A DNA stretch of 63,788 nucleotides, counting the filler, from Octopus bimaculoides (lineage: Eukaryota): assembly GCF_001194135.2 (NCBI RefSeq). It is 10 parts of 8 records of this genome, joined end to end, with 100 filler letters (N's around TTAATTAATTAA, not from the genome) between each part and the next. Parts side by side here need not be neighbours in the genome. Positions count along the whole stretch, not along the records: positions 6,978 to 14,556 come from NC_068986.1; positions 14,657 to 16,647 come from NC_068981.1; positions 16,748 to 25,700 come from NC_068987.1; positions 25,801 to 35,569 come from NC_068987.1; 6 more parts are not named here. One strand, given 5' to 3'. Position 1 is the first letter of the stretch. Each line of letters begins with the position of its first letter. Of this stretch, positions 13,652-27,576 are shown one piece after another. The position numbers and the translations under genes were made by a program. The notes below the pieces were generated by a model, which worked only from the letters and a program-made list of their open reading frames with translations, did no database searches and was not told the DNA's origin.

Positions 13652-13669
13652 TGTTGAACAACATAAACA
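13652..13669 (-). CDS. HMGB: Candidate 18-nt first coding microexon of the HMGB gene (MLFN-S)
   Basis: Minus strand TTTCCAG|TGTTTATGTTGTTCAACA|GTAAGT. ATG at 13664-13662 ends in phase 1, as the next exon requires, giving a 230-aa protein. Confidence 0.5.
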
Positions 13670-13879
13670 CTGGAAACAGTAACCAAAAAGTGAACAAATG
13701 TCTCTCTTCAATGTGTGTGTAAGAGGACAAATTTGTTTATATATAAAAAAACATATATAACAGATAACTTTATGAGGATAAAAATAAACCTTTTCTATGT
13801 TATTCAATAAAGCCACCTTCAGCTTCAACAACTGCTTCTATAAGTGATCTAAATCACATATAGAATCAAGTGGTCCTGG

Positions 13880-14232
13880 TTTATTTTAGACATTACTCTA
13901 TTGTAGCTTTCAAAGAATCTTTGGTTTTATGGACGTGTTTATTAACCTCTCAACAATGCTCTACATGTAATTGTCCAATGGACTAAGATCTGGGGAATTA
14001 GGAGGCCAAATGTTAGGGATTATGTGATCATGAAAATTTTCAGCCATCTATTCCTATTTTACTAGAGCCATGTGTGATAGTGCAGAGTCTTACTGAAATA
14101 TATATGGCCCTCCATTGGCATACTCTGTCAATCCAAGGCTTAACAATTATATCCAGGACCTCAATGTAGGCAGCAGAGTTAACTCTAAGGCCTCGTGGAC
14201 AGAAGTAAGGAGGCATTACATGTCCTTCAATG
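13880..14232 (-). mobile_element. Tc1/mariner (maT/DD37D-like) transposase fragment in the HMGB 5' intron
   Basis: Minus strand reads GHVMPPYFCPRGLRVNSAAYIEVL...KPWID...NIWPPNSPDLSPLD. Confidence 0.8.
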
Positions 14233-14485
14233 AATCCGGGACCCGGGGGTCCCCCCTTCCCGAACTAAAATAAGGGATTTGCAGCATATAAGGTCAGGGT
14301 AGTTGATTCCATGCAAAAAATCCGAGTTTCTTTTTTTTTTTAGTGAAAATCGTGCGGGTGTGTGTTACTCTGAAAAATTACCAAAAATTGGTTTGCAAAA
14401 TTCTAATTAAAAATATATTCACATGCTAGAAATAACAGCCAAATCTCACAAAACTGCGATAACATAATGTAATCAATCTACTCAC

Positions 14486-14556
14486 CTTTCTGCAAAGATT
14501 TCTTTCAGAGTAATTTCCCGCAAGTAATATGACAAAGTAATTCATGTGAAATTAGA
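14486..14556 (-). other. Probable 5' UTR exon of the HMGB gene, cut by the scaffold join
   Basis: Consensus donor AAAG|GTGAGT at 14486/14485. The phase-1 frame has an in-frame stop, so it cannot code directly into the HMG exon. Confidence 0.45.
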
Positions 14557-15835
14557 NNNNNNNNNNNNNNNNNNNNNNNNNNNNNNNNNNNNNNNNNNNN
14601 TTAATTAATTAANNNNNNNNNNNNNNNNNNNNNNNNNNNNNNNNNNNNNNNNNNNNTGTGTATGTATGTATATATGTATGTATGTATGTAGGTATGTATG
14701 TATACTGTTTAGAAAGATGTGCTCAGAATTCTAGAGAGGTAATCTCGTAATTTCTCGCATCCAAATACCATCGCCGCTGTCACCGCCGTTGTCGATGTTT
14801 TTGCTTTTGTTCTTGTTTAGCCCTTACATATATCAGATCTATGATCAAAATCCTTCTGGCTACGACATTCCTATCTTTGATTTAGACAGAGTATCTCGAA
14901 CTCACTATCATATGTGCCTATCCACTGCAGCTTAAGAACGTATGGTGTTGTTTCAGTCAGTTCTGGTGGCCATTTCTAGTAAGTTGAGTCACTGCGGAGA
15001 GCTCTTCCCCTCTGAGTTGGCTCGCAGAAATGTGACTCATTGAAATATCGAATGCCTCCCACCTCTTTATTAACAATTGTTACTATTTTCACTTCAGGAT
15101 GGCGTCCTACATATTCAAATAGATGTTGTTTGCTTTCTGTTATTTAACGTCATTCAACTAAAACCTCAGACAACTCTACAAATACTTATTATTGAATCCA
15201 AACAGCCATAGCAGTCAATATTTTATAAATTGCTACAGTCTAACGAGGCAGTAAATGCACATTGATCGGTTCTCAATATATCATTGTATCATCACGAAGC
15301 TCTTGTCAGTAGGACGGTTACATCTTCAGCTATGAAAGTCCGTATCTCCAACAGAAGCTACTAAACTGCTTACTTAGATGACTTGCACTAAAAAAGTATA
15401 CTTCTGCTATATTTGTGATATATGCGACATTTTTATCTCTATGCTATAATGTTTATTCCTGTAAGCTGATTCTTTTTTATGTTAAATTCGGTTATCAGAG
15501 TACTTTTAGAAAATGCTTTTCATTTTTTATGTTAAGTTTTCGGGCGAACATTCTTAGTGCCCTCGGCTTCACCCGTTATTTTCCGGTGTTAATTCCTATA
15601 CTTTACTAGCTTTGCATATATGTAGTAATTTTGTTCTTTGCCATCCGCTGATGAGAGCAGCTGAAAAAATGGGAACGATAGGAAAGAATATCCATATCTA
15701 ATCCATGGTAATGTGTTATTAACATATAGCTTTTGTGGTGTATACAAAACCGAACGAAGCCAAACAGGCGTGTATAATTTCCAGGAAACACCCTATGTGG
15801 ATAATATGGATAAATTAATCAACTGTGGTTTTCTG

Positions 15836-15886
<51 letters not shown>

Positions 15887-15907
15887 NNNNNNNNNNTGTG
15901 TGAGTGA

Positions 15908-15944
<37 letters not shown>

Positions 15945-16294
15945 GGTTGATTTATTGATGTTTATTGTATATTTGTTGTGATGTATTTAATATTGTTGCA
16001 AGGGATATGGTAATTTTGTTATTAAATTATTTTTTAATATGGTGGTTAAGTTTTTCAGTATATCTATTTATACAATGAATGAGAGTTTTGTATAGAAATT
16101 ATAAGTTATAATTGGATAAATTTGTGCCAGCATCTGCGGTTATTCATATAATTTAAATTAAAAATTTTTGGTTGAAAGTAAAGTAAGATGATGATTATAT
16201 TAAATTTATAATTTTACACGCAAGGTATATCTTTTATATCTTTTATAAATATAGAATTTTTAAAATAATAGATACAATGATTACCATACAACAG

Positions 16295-16445
16295 AAGTTT
16301 ATCTCAACGATGTGACTAGTTTCGGATCTTATTAGCTCTTCGTCAGAGAAAGAATAACCTTGTTCTATAATACTTTTCACTGATGAAAACCTGACAATAT
16401 CAGAAACTGATTAAGCTGAAGCTATTTTTTTTCTCTCCACAGAAA
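16295..16445. repeat. Divergent pair of Penelope-like terminal-repeat remnants
   Basis: Minus strand CTGACGA-AGAGCTAATAAGATCC-GAAACTAGTC (16346-16314). Plus strand CTGATGA...GAAAC (16380-16407), much more decayed. Confidence 0.45.
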
Positions 16446-16569
16446 GAAAATGTTCTGTGATGATGATGATGATATATATATATATATATATATTGATTGA
16501 TTGATTACTTTTTTGATGTGACAAAAATTGCGTTTATTCAAACAGATATGACTTACATTTCATAGATAC

Positions 16570-16601
<32 letters not shown>

Positions 16602-16602
16602 G

Positions 16603-16647
<45 letters not shown>

Positions 16648-16914
16648 NNNNNNNNNNNNNNNNNNNNNNNNNNNNNNNNNNNNNNNNNNNNTTAATTAAT
16701 TAANNNNNNNNNNNNNNNNNNNNNNNNNNNNNNNNNNNNNNNNNNNNTAACATACAGAAAATTGCACTAATGGGTACTGCACACATTCTACGCAAAACAC
16801 TTTCAAGACAGTAAACATAAGAGCACCACAGCAAACCACAGCACATACCCAAGGCGCACAGAGCTGCGCTCGGTAGTGAAGTGAAAGCACGTTATAAAAA
16901 TAAAACTACTGAAC

Positions 16915-16981
<67 letters not shown>

Positions 16982-16984
16982 TTT

Positions 16985-18900
16985 ATAACGAGGGAGCTAA
17001 AACAGCGCCTCGTTGCAAAAGAAAGCAATGATATAAGATACGACCAAAGAATGAAAGGTTACCACGAGAATAATTTATTCAGAGTAGATCACAAGAGATT
17101 CTACAAAAAAAAAAAATAAATAAATAGAGAGTGTACAGTTGAAAAGTTGATACCAGGTAACATTGAACGTCAAAGATTTTGAGTTGACATCTGGAGCAAA
17201 GACAAGGAACACAAGAAGGATGCTGAATGGTTGCAAGAAGTGAAACAAACAGAAGTCTGTCCAAAACAGGCAGAACTAGTTATTTCAATTAGGTAAGTGA
17301 AGGAAATCAGCAAAAAATGGGCACCTGGGACTCCCCGGGAGCAGATGAATCAAAATATTTGGTGAATGTCATGTACGAATAGCTGCACAGCTCAAGACCT
17401 TGTTATATGCCAACCAAGTAATACGAGAGTGGTTGACGATGGGTAGGACAATGCTGTGCTTGAAAAACATCGTGCAAAGCAAAAATAGATTCCTGCTGCA
17501 TGAGCAGAAAGATTACAATTGTAAGTGCACAGGTGCCAAGTATCAACACCTCGTAGTCAAATCTCTACTTAGAGACAGCAAGAGGAGGAAAACTAACTTA
17601 GCCACGTCATGGATCGATTATTGTAAAGCGCACGATATGATCCCACATTCTTGGAATATGGAATGTATGAACCTATTTGCTATTGCATTGAATGTTGAGC
17701 GATTGCTTGGAAAATGTATGGTGAAATGGAGGACAGAACTGACAGCATATGGTAGAAGTTTAGGAATAATGGAGATCAGGAGAGGTATCTTCGAAGGGTC
17801 TGCCTTTTCCCACTGATCTTTGTACTGTGCATGATTCTACTAACACAGATTCTGAGGAAAGCCAAGGCTTGGTATTTATTCAAAAGCCGCCAACCATAAG
17901 TCAACGTCTTGTTATTCATGGATGATCTGAAACTTTTTGCTAAAGATGAATCCCAAGTCAATTCCTTTGTTGATATGGTGTATACTTTCAGTGCTGATAT
18001 CAGAATGGATTTCGGGCTGAATAATGCAGAGGGCATTTAGAAAGGAATATGAATGAATCGATGCTATGAATAAGAAATATCTGTAAATATACTAGCCATC
18101 TCAGTTATTTAGAACTCCAACATAATAAACTGAAAGAGATTAGACAGAAAACTTCAGGGGGAAAATACTCATAGAGGTATCCAGTCAATACCTTGAAATT
18201 ATAGAAAGAATATGTGTGTATTACATAAAGAAAACGGATCTGACACTAATACAGGATATTTTTATACAACAATAAATGAGATTTAAAAATATATAGACAC
18301 AAATAAATGGAAATTAGTTGCTGTAATGACGAAATATGAAAATAAGAAATGTGATCTGATAAGGAGTAAATTGGAAGTTAACTTACGAGAAGGTGAATAT
18401 TCAGGCAAAGAAAAAACAATAAAGCATACTTAAAATCAAAACACAATTCAAAGACATTCTATATTCCAAGGCCAATATGCATCAATTGACTGGGAGGCAG
18501 TAAGCCATCAGACTCTCGGATCTCATGGACAAAGGTAGAAACAAAAGTTCTCATTTTAGTTGCACACGTGTGTTACCATAACACAAGAAATATCCAAACC
18601 TAATAAAGGAAAATATTAATATCGATTTTACAATATGCAATGACTACAATGAGAAAAGTATACATCTTATTTGTCGCTTCCCAATCCTTGTTAACACAGA
18701 ATTTATTCATAAAAGGATGCTTCGACGAGATTAGAAGTCATACAAACATGGACTAATCATAGTTTGGAGTACAAGTTCCCCTCAGTCGTCTGAGACATTC
18801 CAGTACAAATAGGTTTAATTATCAAAATTCTTTGAACTGTGAGAGATAACCCGGTTAATCCGAAAACCAACACAACTGCCTGAAGAAAGAGGTAAATTAA
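16985..18900 (+). mobile_element. R4/Dong-like (RLE-clade) non-LTR retrotransposon remnant
   Basis: RT motifs WIDYCKAHDMIPHSW, IRRGIFEG and LLFMDDLKLFAK. Starts right after (AAT)n at 16912-16978. The 3' part (18400-18900) is much more decayed. Confidence 0.8.
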
Positions 18901-21398
18901 AATAATGATGATGTGAAAGTGAAAATGTACTCATAAATATGATTAAAAATAACATGAATGAAAAAGACAGGTATCACAGTTGTATGTACATCTTACAGAA
19001 TAAGCTCTCCTAGTCAGGGAGCACACTGTAGTCAAGCAAATATGTGTTAGAGAATAGAACTCCAATAGTACATTTGCTACATAGAAAACTTAACTTAATA
19101 CACTCACCATTCAATCACAACTAGCACAAAAAGTAGTTCACAAAATTGTACAAAAGAATATCTCGCAACCCACACATCTCATGCATTACTATCATCACTC
19201 AATTAAAGACGTCATGCACTTAAACCGTCACACAATAACACCAATAACACAGCACATTCAAAAAGTTGACACTATCGTACAACAAATGACACCACACATT
19301 GCACATACTCTAGATATAAGTGGAAAAGAAAAAAAGAAAAGTAACGATAAAACACATTCCAAAACAAAGCAAAAATGTATCTAACATAACGGAAGACATT
19401 TATATCCTCAAAAGACAACACTTATTCACCTGAGGAACAAATAGCTATATCTGATGGTAGGAGAGAAAATTTAATAAAACTATAAATGTGAATGCAAAAA
19501 ATAATCATGCACTTGATATCCTAAGAAACGCAAACAAGTTCCGTTGCATTAAGTAATCCATTTGTACAAAAGTACTACAAATACACCAGTAAAAATGCAT
19601 AGTTAAATATCTAAGAAAGCCGCCTAGAAAATGAACACATGGGAATGGAAACATCTCGATGAAGTGTTTCATATCGTTATACAAACAAAAAACACGAGCA
19701 CCGCATATGTGTAAGTCGAGACTAAATGTGCAAAAACGACTATGCAGGACACCAAGGAAGTTTCAAAGTACTCTTTGTTGGATAGTCTGAAGCAGAATAT
19801 TAAACCGAAATACTGCATGTCGGGAAAGTTGTTTGAGCGCGTCAGCTAAATGCTAGCTTAATTATCCACAATGCCACAAGAATTTAATATAAGACTTGAG
19901 AGGATTACTATTTACTTCACTGGAAGGAAATGAGGGCATCAACTACAAGTAAATTGTAGAAATATTTCTTAGAGACATTTAGAAAATAATTGGTGTAATT
20001 ATGTTGGATATTCATATGCACACAGTTAAGTAGGCAAGAGTGAAATATCCGATATGAATTTCGAACACAAGGGATTCAAAACTTGAGCACTAAATTGCCA
20101 AAATAACAATAATAGCTCGATAAAAATTGAGAAAATTATTCTCGTATAGAAATCCTGAATGATTATGAATCATGCTATACTTACTTGGACGATTTGCGAT
20201 GGGGCAATTCGATAACATAGTATGCCTAGGAGGTTTCCATATAGTATACAAAGCAGTAGTGTATGTGAAGAAAATTAAAGCATTATAATCAAAAATCTAA
20301 TCTATCATAATTTTGAGATTTCATGGTGGTATGGGACCTCAAATATTGCTATACAGTTTATAATTTATTTCATTAAGATCTATTTATGTAATAAAGCTGA
20401 CGCTTGTAAATATTCCTCATATTAACCGGTGAATCATATGCAGTACAGTCTCAATTTAATAGGCAACTCAAACAATACACACTCTGTTCACTTAACACAC
20501 TTTATACAGTCAGATCGCAATAATAGTACACAGCTCAACTGTAATTAACAGCAAACAATATAGCACGACTTGGAAAACTTCTGCTCTACAGAACACTCCC
20601 ATAAAATATTACACAGCACATCTCTTACATAATAGGTATAACATCAATGTTCCATACAAATAGCGTATTTCACAATTTCTATCCTTTGATGTAAAATAAC
20701 CCCTACAGCATGTTCTCTAAACAACTTTCTTCTCGCGCATAGCACCAGCTACTCCGCATATGCATAACGCAAACATTTCATATCAAAATAAGACAGCTAT
20801 CAATACATAGTCTGCAAAATGGACAAACTGTTTAAATATCCGGACAACAAAATATCTAATCTCACAACAAAGCTATGTTGAAGTATTTTTCTACGAATAT
20901 CTACACGGTGACTCTGTAGAGGCACGCATAAAACAATGATGATTAATCAAACAACACTGATGATATGCAATGATAAAATAAATGCAAGTGTTTTAGTTAT
21001 GATATAACTTTCAAGGAGAATAACAAAAATATGTGTACCCTAAAAATCATCCTGGTCTTTTCCAACCAAAATATTGCGCAAATGAAGACAATAAGATATC
21101 AAAATAATGGTAAGGAAAAGGAAATATGCACGAATATCAAGATTGTGCGATTAATAATTATCACGCTGTCTACTCAGAAGAACAGGTTGAACAGAAATAA
21201 ACGAAAACAATCATTGGACTCAATAATCTATATACGAACCAGAAAAGAAATTTGGCCTGCTGGACACAAACAACATCGTACACAATAGCATAGTTCAATT
21301 TTATGCAATTTATTCCATACCTTAGACAATAGATACTAAAATTGATGTACTTTTGAGAAAGAGACACAGCAGAGCTCTTAAATATTCAATGCCCGATA

Positions 21399-22420
21399 TT
21401 ATTAGGTTGGTACAAAATAATGCGGTTTTTAAGACAGAATATTTAATTTTTAATGAATGTTATTATAGCAAAATATTAAACATTGATATATACTAAATTT
21501 TGCCAGCAGGAAATACATGTATTTAGAATGGTCGAAAAGAATTCCTAGGTTCTGCAATCAATGGATTCTTCGAAGACGTTCTGTGTTATTGATTGTTTGG
21601 AGAAAAAATATTCGTTTCTTGGAAGTTATAGAGATGTTCGAAAGCATGGTGATCATCGGATAAAAGTCTTACAATAAGTCGGGTGAAGTAGTAAATTTAC
21701 ATAGACAATTTTGTTATATTTATTTGGAGGCATTTGCGAGGTATAATTGAGAAAAAAAATATTCTGGGCGTATATGCTATAGGTCTTTGTGAAATTTATC
21801 AATTTATGACAACGATTTTCGGCTATGATATTTCTATTATTCAAGAAATATATTCTGATAACTCTATTCGCAGCCTGAAAAATATTAGCCATAGCGTTCT
21901 TTCGCTACGTCTTACGTTTTAAAAGTTATTTTTGTGCTTCACAAGATTTCGGCCACCGCTCAGAACATTGTCAATTTTAGTACAGTATAGATTTTATGTT
22001 TCATATAAGAAATGGATCGCTTTAATTGTTCCTGATTTCGTAAACGAGGATATTTAGTCTCATTCATTTTGGGTAGATCTCATTTTCTGAGCATTTGTTA
22101 AAAACAAATGCTCCAAAAGAAGTTAAGTAGTGAAAGTGTAAGTCTTTTGGAAATACTGGAGTCATTAAAGTTTCTCAATTAATTATTGTAAATAATGTGA
22201 AACCTTATATACATGTGAAACCTTGCTCATCTCCTTGTGTCCGTACGAAAGATTTGAAATTACTGGTGAGCTTTATGTTCGTTGATGGTTCCTTGTAAAA
22301 CGCTTGGTAAATATTAAAAGTACTTCCAGCAATTTTTTGTTGCATTTTGAATTACTACAATAAAATCGCCTCAAGTAGTTTTGGTGTTTCCGCCTTTAAT
22401 GTGAACAACGAAATCAGTAA
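21399..22420 (-). mobile_element. Old Hsmar1-like mariner remnant with one TIR
   Basis: TIR TATTAGGTTGGTACAAAATAATGCGGTTTT at ~21399. Minus-strand LLLHPTYC...FRTSL resembles the HPPYSPDLAPSDYHLFRSL motif. Far boundary approximate. Confidence 0.55.
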
Positions 22421-25288
22421 AACAAATATGTGCTTCAAAATAGTATATCAAATGAATATAGTTTAAAAAATCTTATTTTCAATTATCAAATTTTAGAACA
22501 AGTAAGTCTACTGATATTTTAGCATTAGCATAATACAACACACACCACATAATGTCATCAGCACATTCTGACCATACGCTTACATATCTAATATTAGCCT
22601 CTGAATCACATACCACAGCTCACAATGCATGTGAAGCATACATCATTTCATAGAAATCTATGCACTCCCCAGAAATATGGAAGCCGGTGACGAGTAAAAC
22701 AACTCAAAAAATTTAGCTCCTCATATTTGTACATGGCACTAACTTATTAGATTTACATATGATCGAACAACTAATGAATTGATTTGATTATCCTATGTTG
22801 TGTATATTTGTTATATATAATTCATCAATAGAGAATTAAATTACAATTTAGCTTAACACGCCTGATTCCGTGGTAGCAATTCCATAGGTTTTGATTCTCT
22901 GGAATGGATGTTACCTTTGTACGGTAAGTATTATATTGCGTTGATTAGGTGGTTGCATTGACTCATATTAATTGGGATTCAGCGCTAGGGCATAAGACAT
23001 CACGTGGTTGTTATTTCTATATGAAATCGGAAACATTTAGCGGATAAATTCTGTAGCTATAGATGTTAAACTTAATTTAGTTTCTACCGATTGTATGCCG
23101 AAATAGAGACCATTGATATTTCTTTCCATGTTTATGTCATGTTTTTTCCATTTTAAGTGAGATAGCATTTTCATATTGTTTACAAAAACCATACAAAATA
23201 ATTGCAATCTCACAGGAGAGCGTATTTTCTTTACTATGAAACATGATAGCATTTCTTATACGCACTTATTCTAGGCGAGAACACATAAGAGATGCGAATG
23301 GATCACAAGATCATTTTGCTCGAAGTTATAGGAAAATAAAACACTGCTAAAGGAAGCCTTGCAAATTCAAAAGCTTAATCAAACGTTAATGGATGTAATG
23401 GCGAAACTCTACAACAGAAAATGATTTATGATGTTTCTTTTTAAAATATCGTTGGGCTAAAGCAACTGGATTTTATTCAGCAATACCCACGTAAATTCGC
23501 TCCGATTTCTTCTACGAAATCTCCGGAAATCAGCTATTCCCATTAAAACTCTCTGGCAGATACAAGGAGCAAATTCTACTGACCAAAACAATGTATTATA
23601 ATACAAATTACCCATTTCTAATAACAATACCGTTTTTAATTCGAGTAAAATCACTCTGAAGACTGCAGGCTTCCATGTATTTGTTAAAACTTTAGGAAAG
23701 TAGAGAGCAGTCTTTTGAGGTTAGTGTAGAGGTTAATTTTCTCAATCTTGTTTCATTTTCAAGCAATAGAATTTTCACAGCTTGGTATATAATTCGCCAA
23801 CAAGTTCTGGCTTACACATTTCAAGTTTCAAACGACGTACACACAATCACACGCAAACATGCGCACATAAGTTCACATACCTACACCCTACATGCTGATA
23901 CACACATAAACATATGCATACGTGTGTATGTGTACTAGAGAATATAGGGATTTCAGCCAATGCCTTTTACAGGCTAAGCACACATTGCAACATCAGATGT
24001 AAACTCTTACTGTTCTCGCCGGGATATGAGAAATAAAGGGAAACTCGAATTATATTAGATACACAAACTCATACACATGCAGAAGCACACACAAACACAC
24101 ACATACGTAGACACTTATGTGAGTGTGTGTATATTCTGTGTGTGTATTTGAGAAAAGTCATATTACTTTCTTTTAAATCATAACTTTGTCCTTTCTTAAA
24201 CTAATCCATCAATGATTTTATAAGCGAGGCGATTAAATTCCAGTTTGACCACTTCTTTTAGAAATTAAATTATGGAAAGATAGCCGAGTCGCAAGTTTTG
24301 ATTCAGCTGCTACTTTCGTATATTTGTTAAGAATTCACGGTAGCTGCTGCAGTCATTTATTATTATGATATGGATTGTTAGTACAGAATTTTGATTTCTG
24401 TCACAGAAAATAATATCAGTTTTTTCGTCTATTAAGTAGAAAACTGTCTGTATACTGAAACCCCATTGTATTTCCTGATGACAGCTGGCGTTTCATATGA
24501 AGTTCCATGAGCAGGTGTATTCTGACAAGATTTGCTGCGTGTTGTCTTGGAATTATATTTCATATGACTTTGTGATAATAATAATTACTTGCTATAGAAA
24601 TATGCACCACACACCTGATGTTTGGAAGATAAGATAGACATATTATAAATATGCATTAGATATTAACCAATGTATTATGAATTATTGGTTGCTAACAAAG
24701 TTTCACTTGATGTTAGTAGCTCAAAAAGTACTCAGGTTTCATTCAAGTATTATAATTATTTCTTCTACGATTATGATTCACTTACTACTTAGTCTATAAC
24801 CCTAATCAAGCTGAACGCGTAGTCCAAACTTCATCTGAGTTCCTGAGTAGGAAAGATAACGATAATATATATATATATATATATATANNNNNNNNNNNNN
24901 NNNNNNNNNNNNNNNNNNNNNNNNNNNNNNNNNNNNNNNNNNNNNNNNNNNNNNNNNNNNNNNNNNNNNNNNNNNNNNNNNNNNNNNNNNNNNNNNNNNN
25001 NNNNNNNNNNNNNNNNNNNNNNNNNNNNNNNNNNNNNNNNNNNNNNNNNNNNNNNNNNNNNNNNNNNNNNNNNNNNNNNNNNNNNNNNNNNNNNNNNNNN
25101 NNNNNNNNNNNNNNNNNNNNNNNNNNNNNNNNNNNNNNNNNNNNNNNNNNNNNNNNNNNNNNNNNNNNNNNNNNNNNNNNNNNNNNNNNNNNNNNNNNNN
25201 NNNNNNNNNNNNNNNNNNNNNNNNNNNNNNNNNNNNNNNNNNNNNNNNNNNNNNNNNNNNNNNNNNNNNNNNNNNNNNNNNNNNNNNN

Positions 25289-25326
<38 letters not shown>

Positions 25327-25648
25327 TTAAACACAACGGTGTGACTCTGTAATATACTACCAAGTTCTATTGTAAGGATGCTTACTTATCAGATTTGTGA
25401 TGTAAGCAAGATGTGATACAGGTATATACTCTTTTTTCATACGAAGCTCTGCAGATGATGTAAGGTTCCACATCAATAATACAGAGTTATTTAACAAAGC
25501 ACCTGTCTTCCTTTCAAATGCAATAGAAGCATTAAAGTATTCGATCGAGCTATACATCCTGCAAAAATCAAAATTTAACACCTAACATTTGAAAAATAAA
25601 GCTAAAAGGTTCAATACAGCGTATTGAAGCATGTATGCATATATATAT

Positions 25649-25700
<52 letters not shown>

Positions 25701-26359
25701 NNNNNNNNNNNNNNNNNNNNNNNNNNNNNNNNNNNNNNNNNNNNTTAATTAATTAANNNNNNNNNNNNNNNNNNNNNNNNNNNNNNNNNNNNNNNNNNNN
25801 ACACACACACACACACAAGGGCACGTGCTATGGTTGTCCCGGATGCCATACAAAAGAGGTCATAACTTGTTTATTAACTGATGCATGTTATTCAAAATGA
25901 ACGTATTGGTAGAGTAAGTCTTCCTCCTCAGTAACTGTTTCACTGCAGTAACTCTTCTTCCTGTCCGTCGTCATTAACAGCGATTAACGTCTAGAAATTA
26001 GATGCAATTATTAGAAATAATAGTCACATTAATTACACAAGTATGTTATGTTTTTGCTATTATATAAATGCGTTTAAATATCAATTCTACGTGGATTTAA
26101 TTATACATGCGAGGATGGGGGTCATTTTAGGTGGACGTTTACTACTGCGAAGCATAACTGAGAAGCACAAAATAACTCTATAAGGTCGGTAAGGTTCTGA
26201 CACCATACGTTGTAGGGCTCGGTTGAGTTTGTAAAGTAACAAAAATAATTGGGCATTGTTTGACCATGAATAGAAAATAGAGTCAGTTTTTGATATACGG
26301 GGCTGAAACTTGAACCCTCACCAAAAAGCTTGAAAAACAAATAGACAGGGGCTACACAA

Positions 26360-26700
26360 GAATGTTAAGAATGGTTCTGAATGTTACATGGAGAGCGCAT
26401 TTAACCAATGGACAGCTTTATTAAGATCTACTCAAAGTGGCTGAGAAGATTCAGCTAAGAAGAATGAGAATTGCTGGTCATTGCACCCAGAAGAATCTGT
26501 GTGTCAACTGGTCTTATGGCAGTCACTTGAAGGAAGAAACAACAGGAAAAGAAAACGTCTAACCTATGTGGACAATTGCTTCACGACAGTGGAATGGTAA
26601 ATGCTGACGAATTAGGAACATGCACGGGGGACTGTGATGGATAACATGCTCACATGAAGTCATTGAAGCACCTAGAAAGACGACCAAACTAAGTAATTAA
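26360..26700 (+). mobile_element. RTE-like LINE 3' fragment
   Basis: Reads VTWRAHLTNGQLY*DLLKVAEKIQLRRMRIAGHC...LVLWQ...RKRLTYVD, typical of the C-terminus of RTE-group ORFs. Confidence 0.7.
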
Positions 26701-27054
26701 GAAGGATCAGTCCTGGCTATGTTAAGGATGCTCTTTCGCCATGAGAAATCCTCAGTGACAGTAAGAATCAGTAACTGGAGCGATTTAGTTGAGTGCTGCT
26801 ATTATGATTAAATGTGGTGTGGTCTGTAAATTATATATATATNNNNNNNNNNNNNNNNNNNNNNNNNNNNNNNNNNNNNNNNNNNNNNNNNNNNNNNNNN
26901 NNNNNNNNNNNNNNNNNNNNNNNNNNNNNNNNNNNNNNNNNNAGCATTTCGCCCGGCGTGCTAACGTTTCTGCCAGCTCGCCGCCTTAGTCACGTAAAAT
27001 ATTGTTACATAGAAACATTACAGTAACACACACACACACGCACACACACATACA

Positions 27055-27087
<33 letters not shown>

Positions 27088-27576
27088 TGTACTAGTATAT
27101 GTTAAGTACTTTGAGAACGCTATTAGATGTGTTATAACAATGTAAAGTATTTATTTGTAACCTCTTAACATCTTGTGAATATTAAGTGTTCTGAATTCAT
27201 CTAACTTACAGTCAGAACTGCTCTTGTTTTCAATTGCCGTGAGAAGGAGTTGTTTTCTTGGGAGAGGGGAGGGTGAGGTGGTTTGCATTTTTCTTTTTCT
27301 AACAAACTTTTACTTAGATTACTAAATATAATGCCGGTTTCTACATCATTTCCGGATTAATCTGGAGACAACAACTATGACTTGTTGAATTTTCCTAGAC
27401 TGCTATAAATTTTCGATCACAACTGTTAAGCAAACATATGTATCTTAGTTGTGTGCGTGTGTGTGTGTATGTGTATAAATATGAGTGTGTGTTTGGATGT
27501 GTGTGTTTGGATGTGTGTGTGTGTGTGCGTGCGTAGAGACACTCACATACATTTACACACACACACACACACACAC

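Noticed and set aside
15645-15680. CTGATGAGAG...GAAA motif
   Set aside because: No viable stem II loop or stem III; at most a heavily decayed repeat terminus.
18900-21350. Scattered RT-like or transposase-like words (YLDD, FDNIVCLGGFHI)
   Set aside because: Motifs are out of order and too decayed to assign without a profile search.
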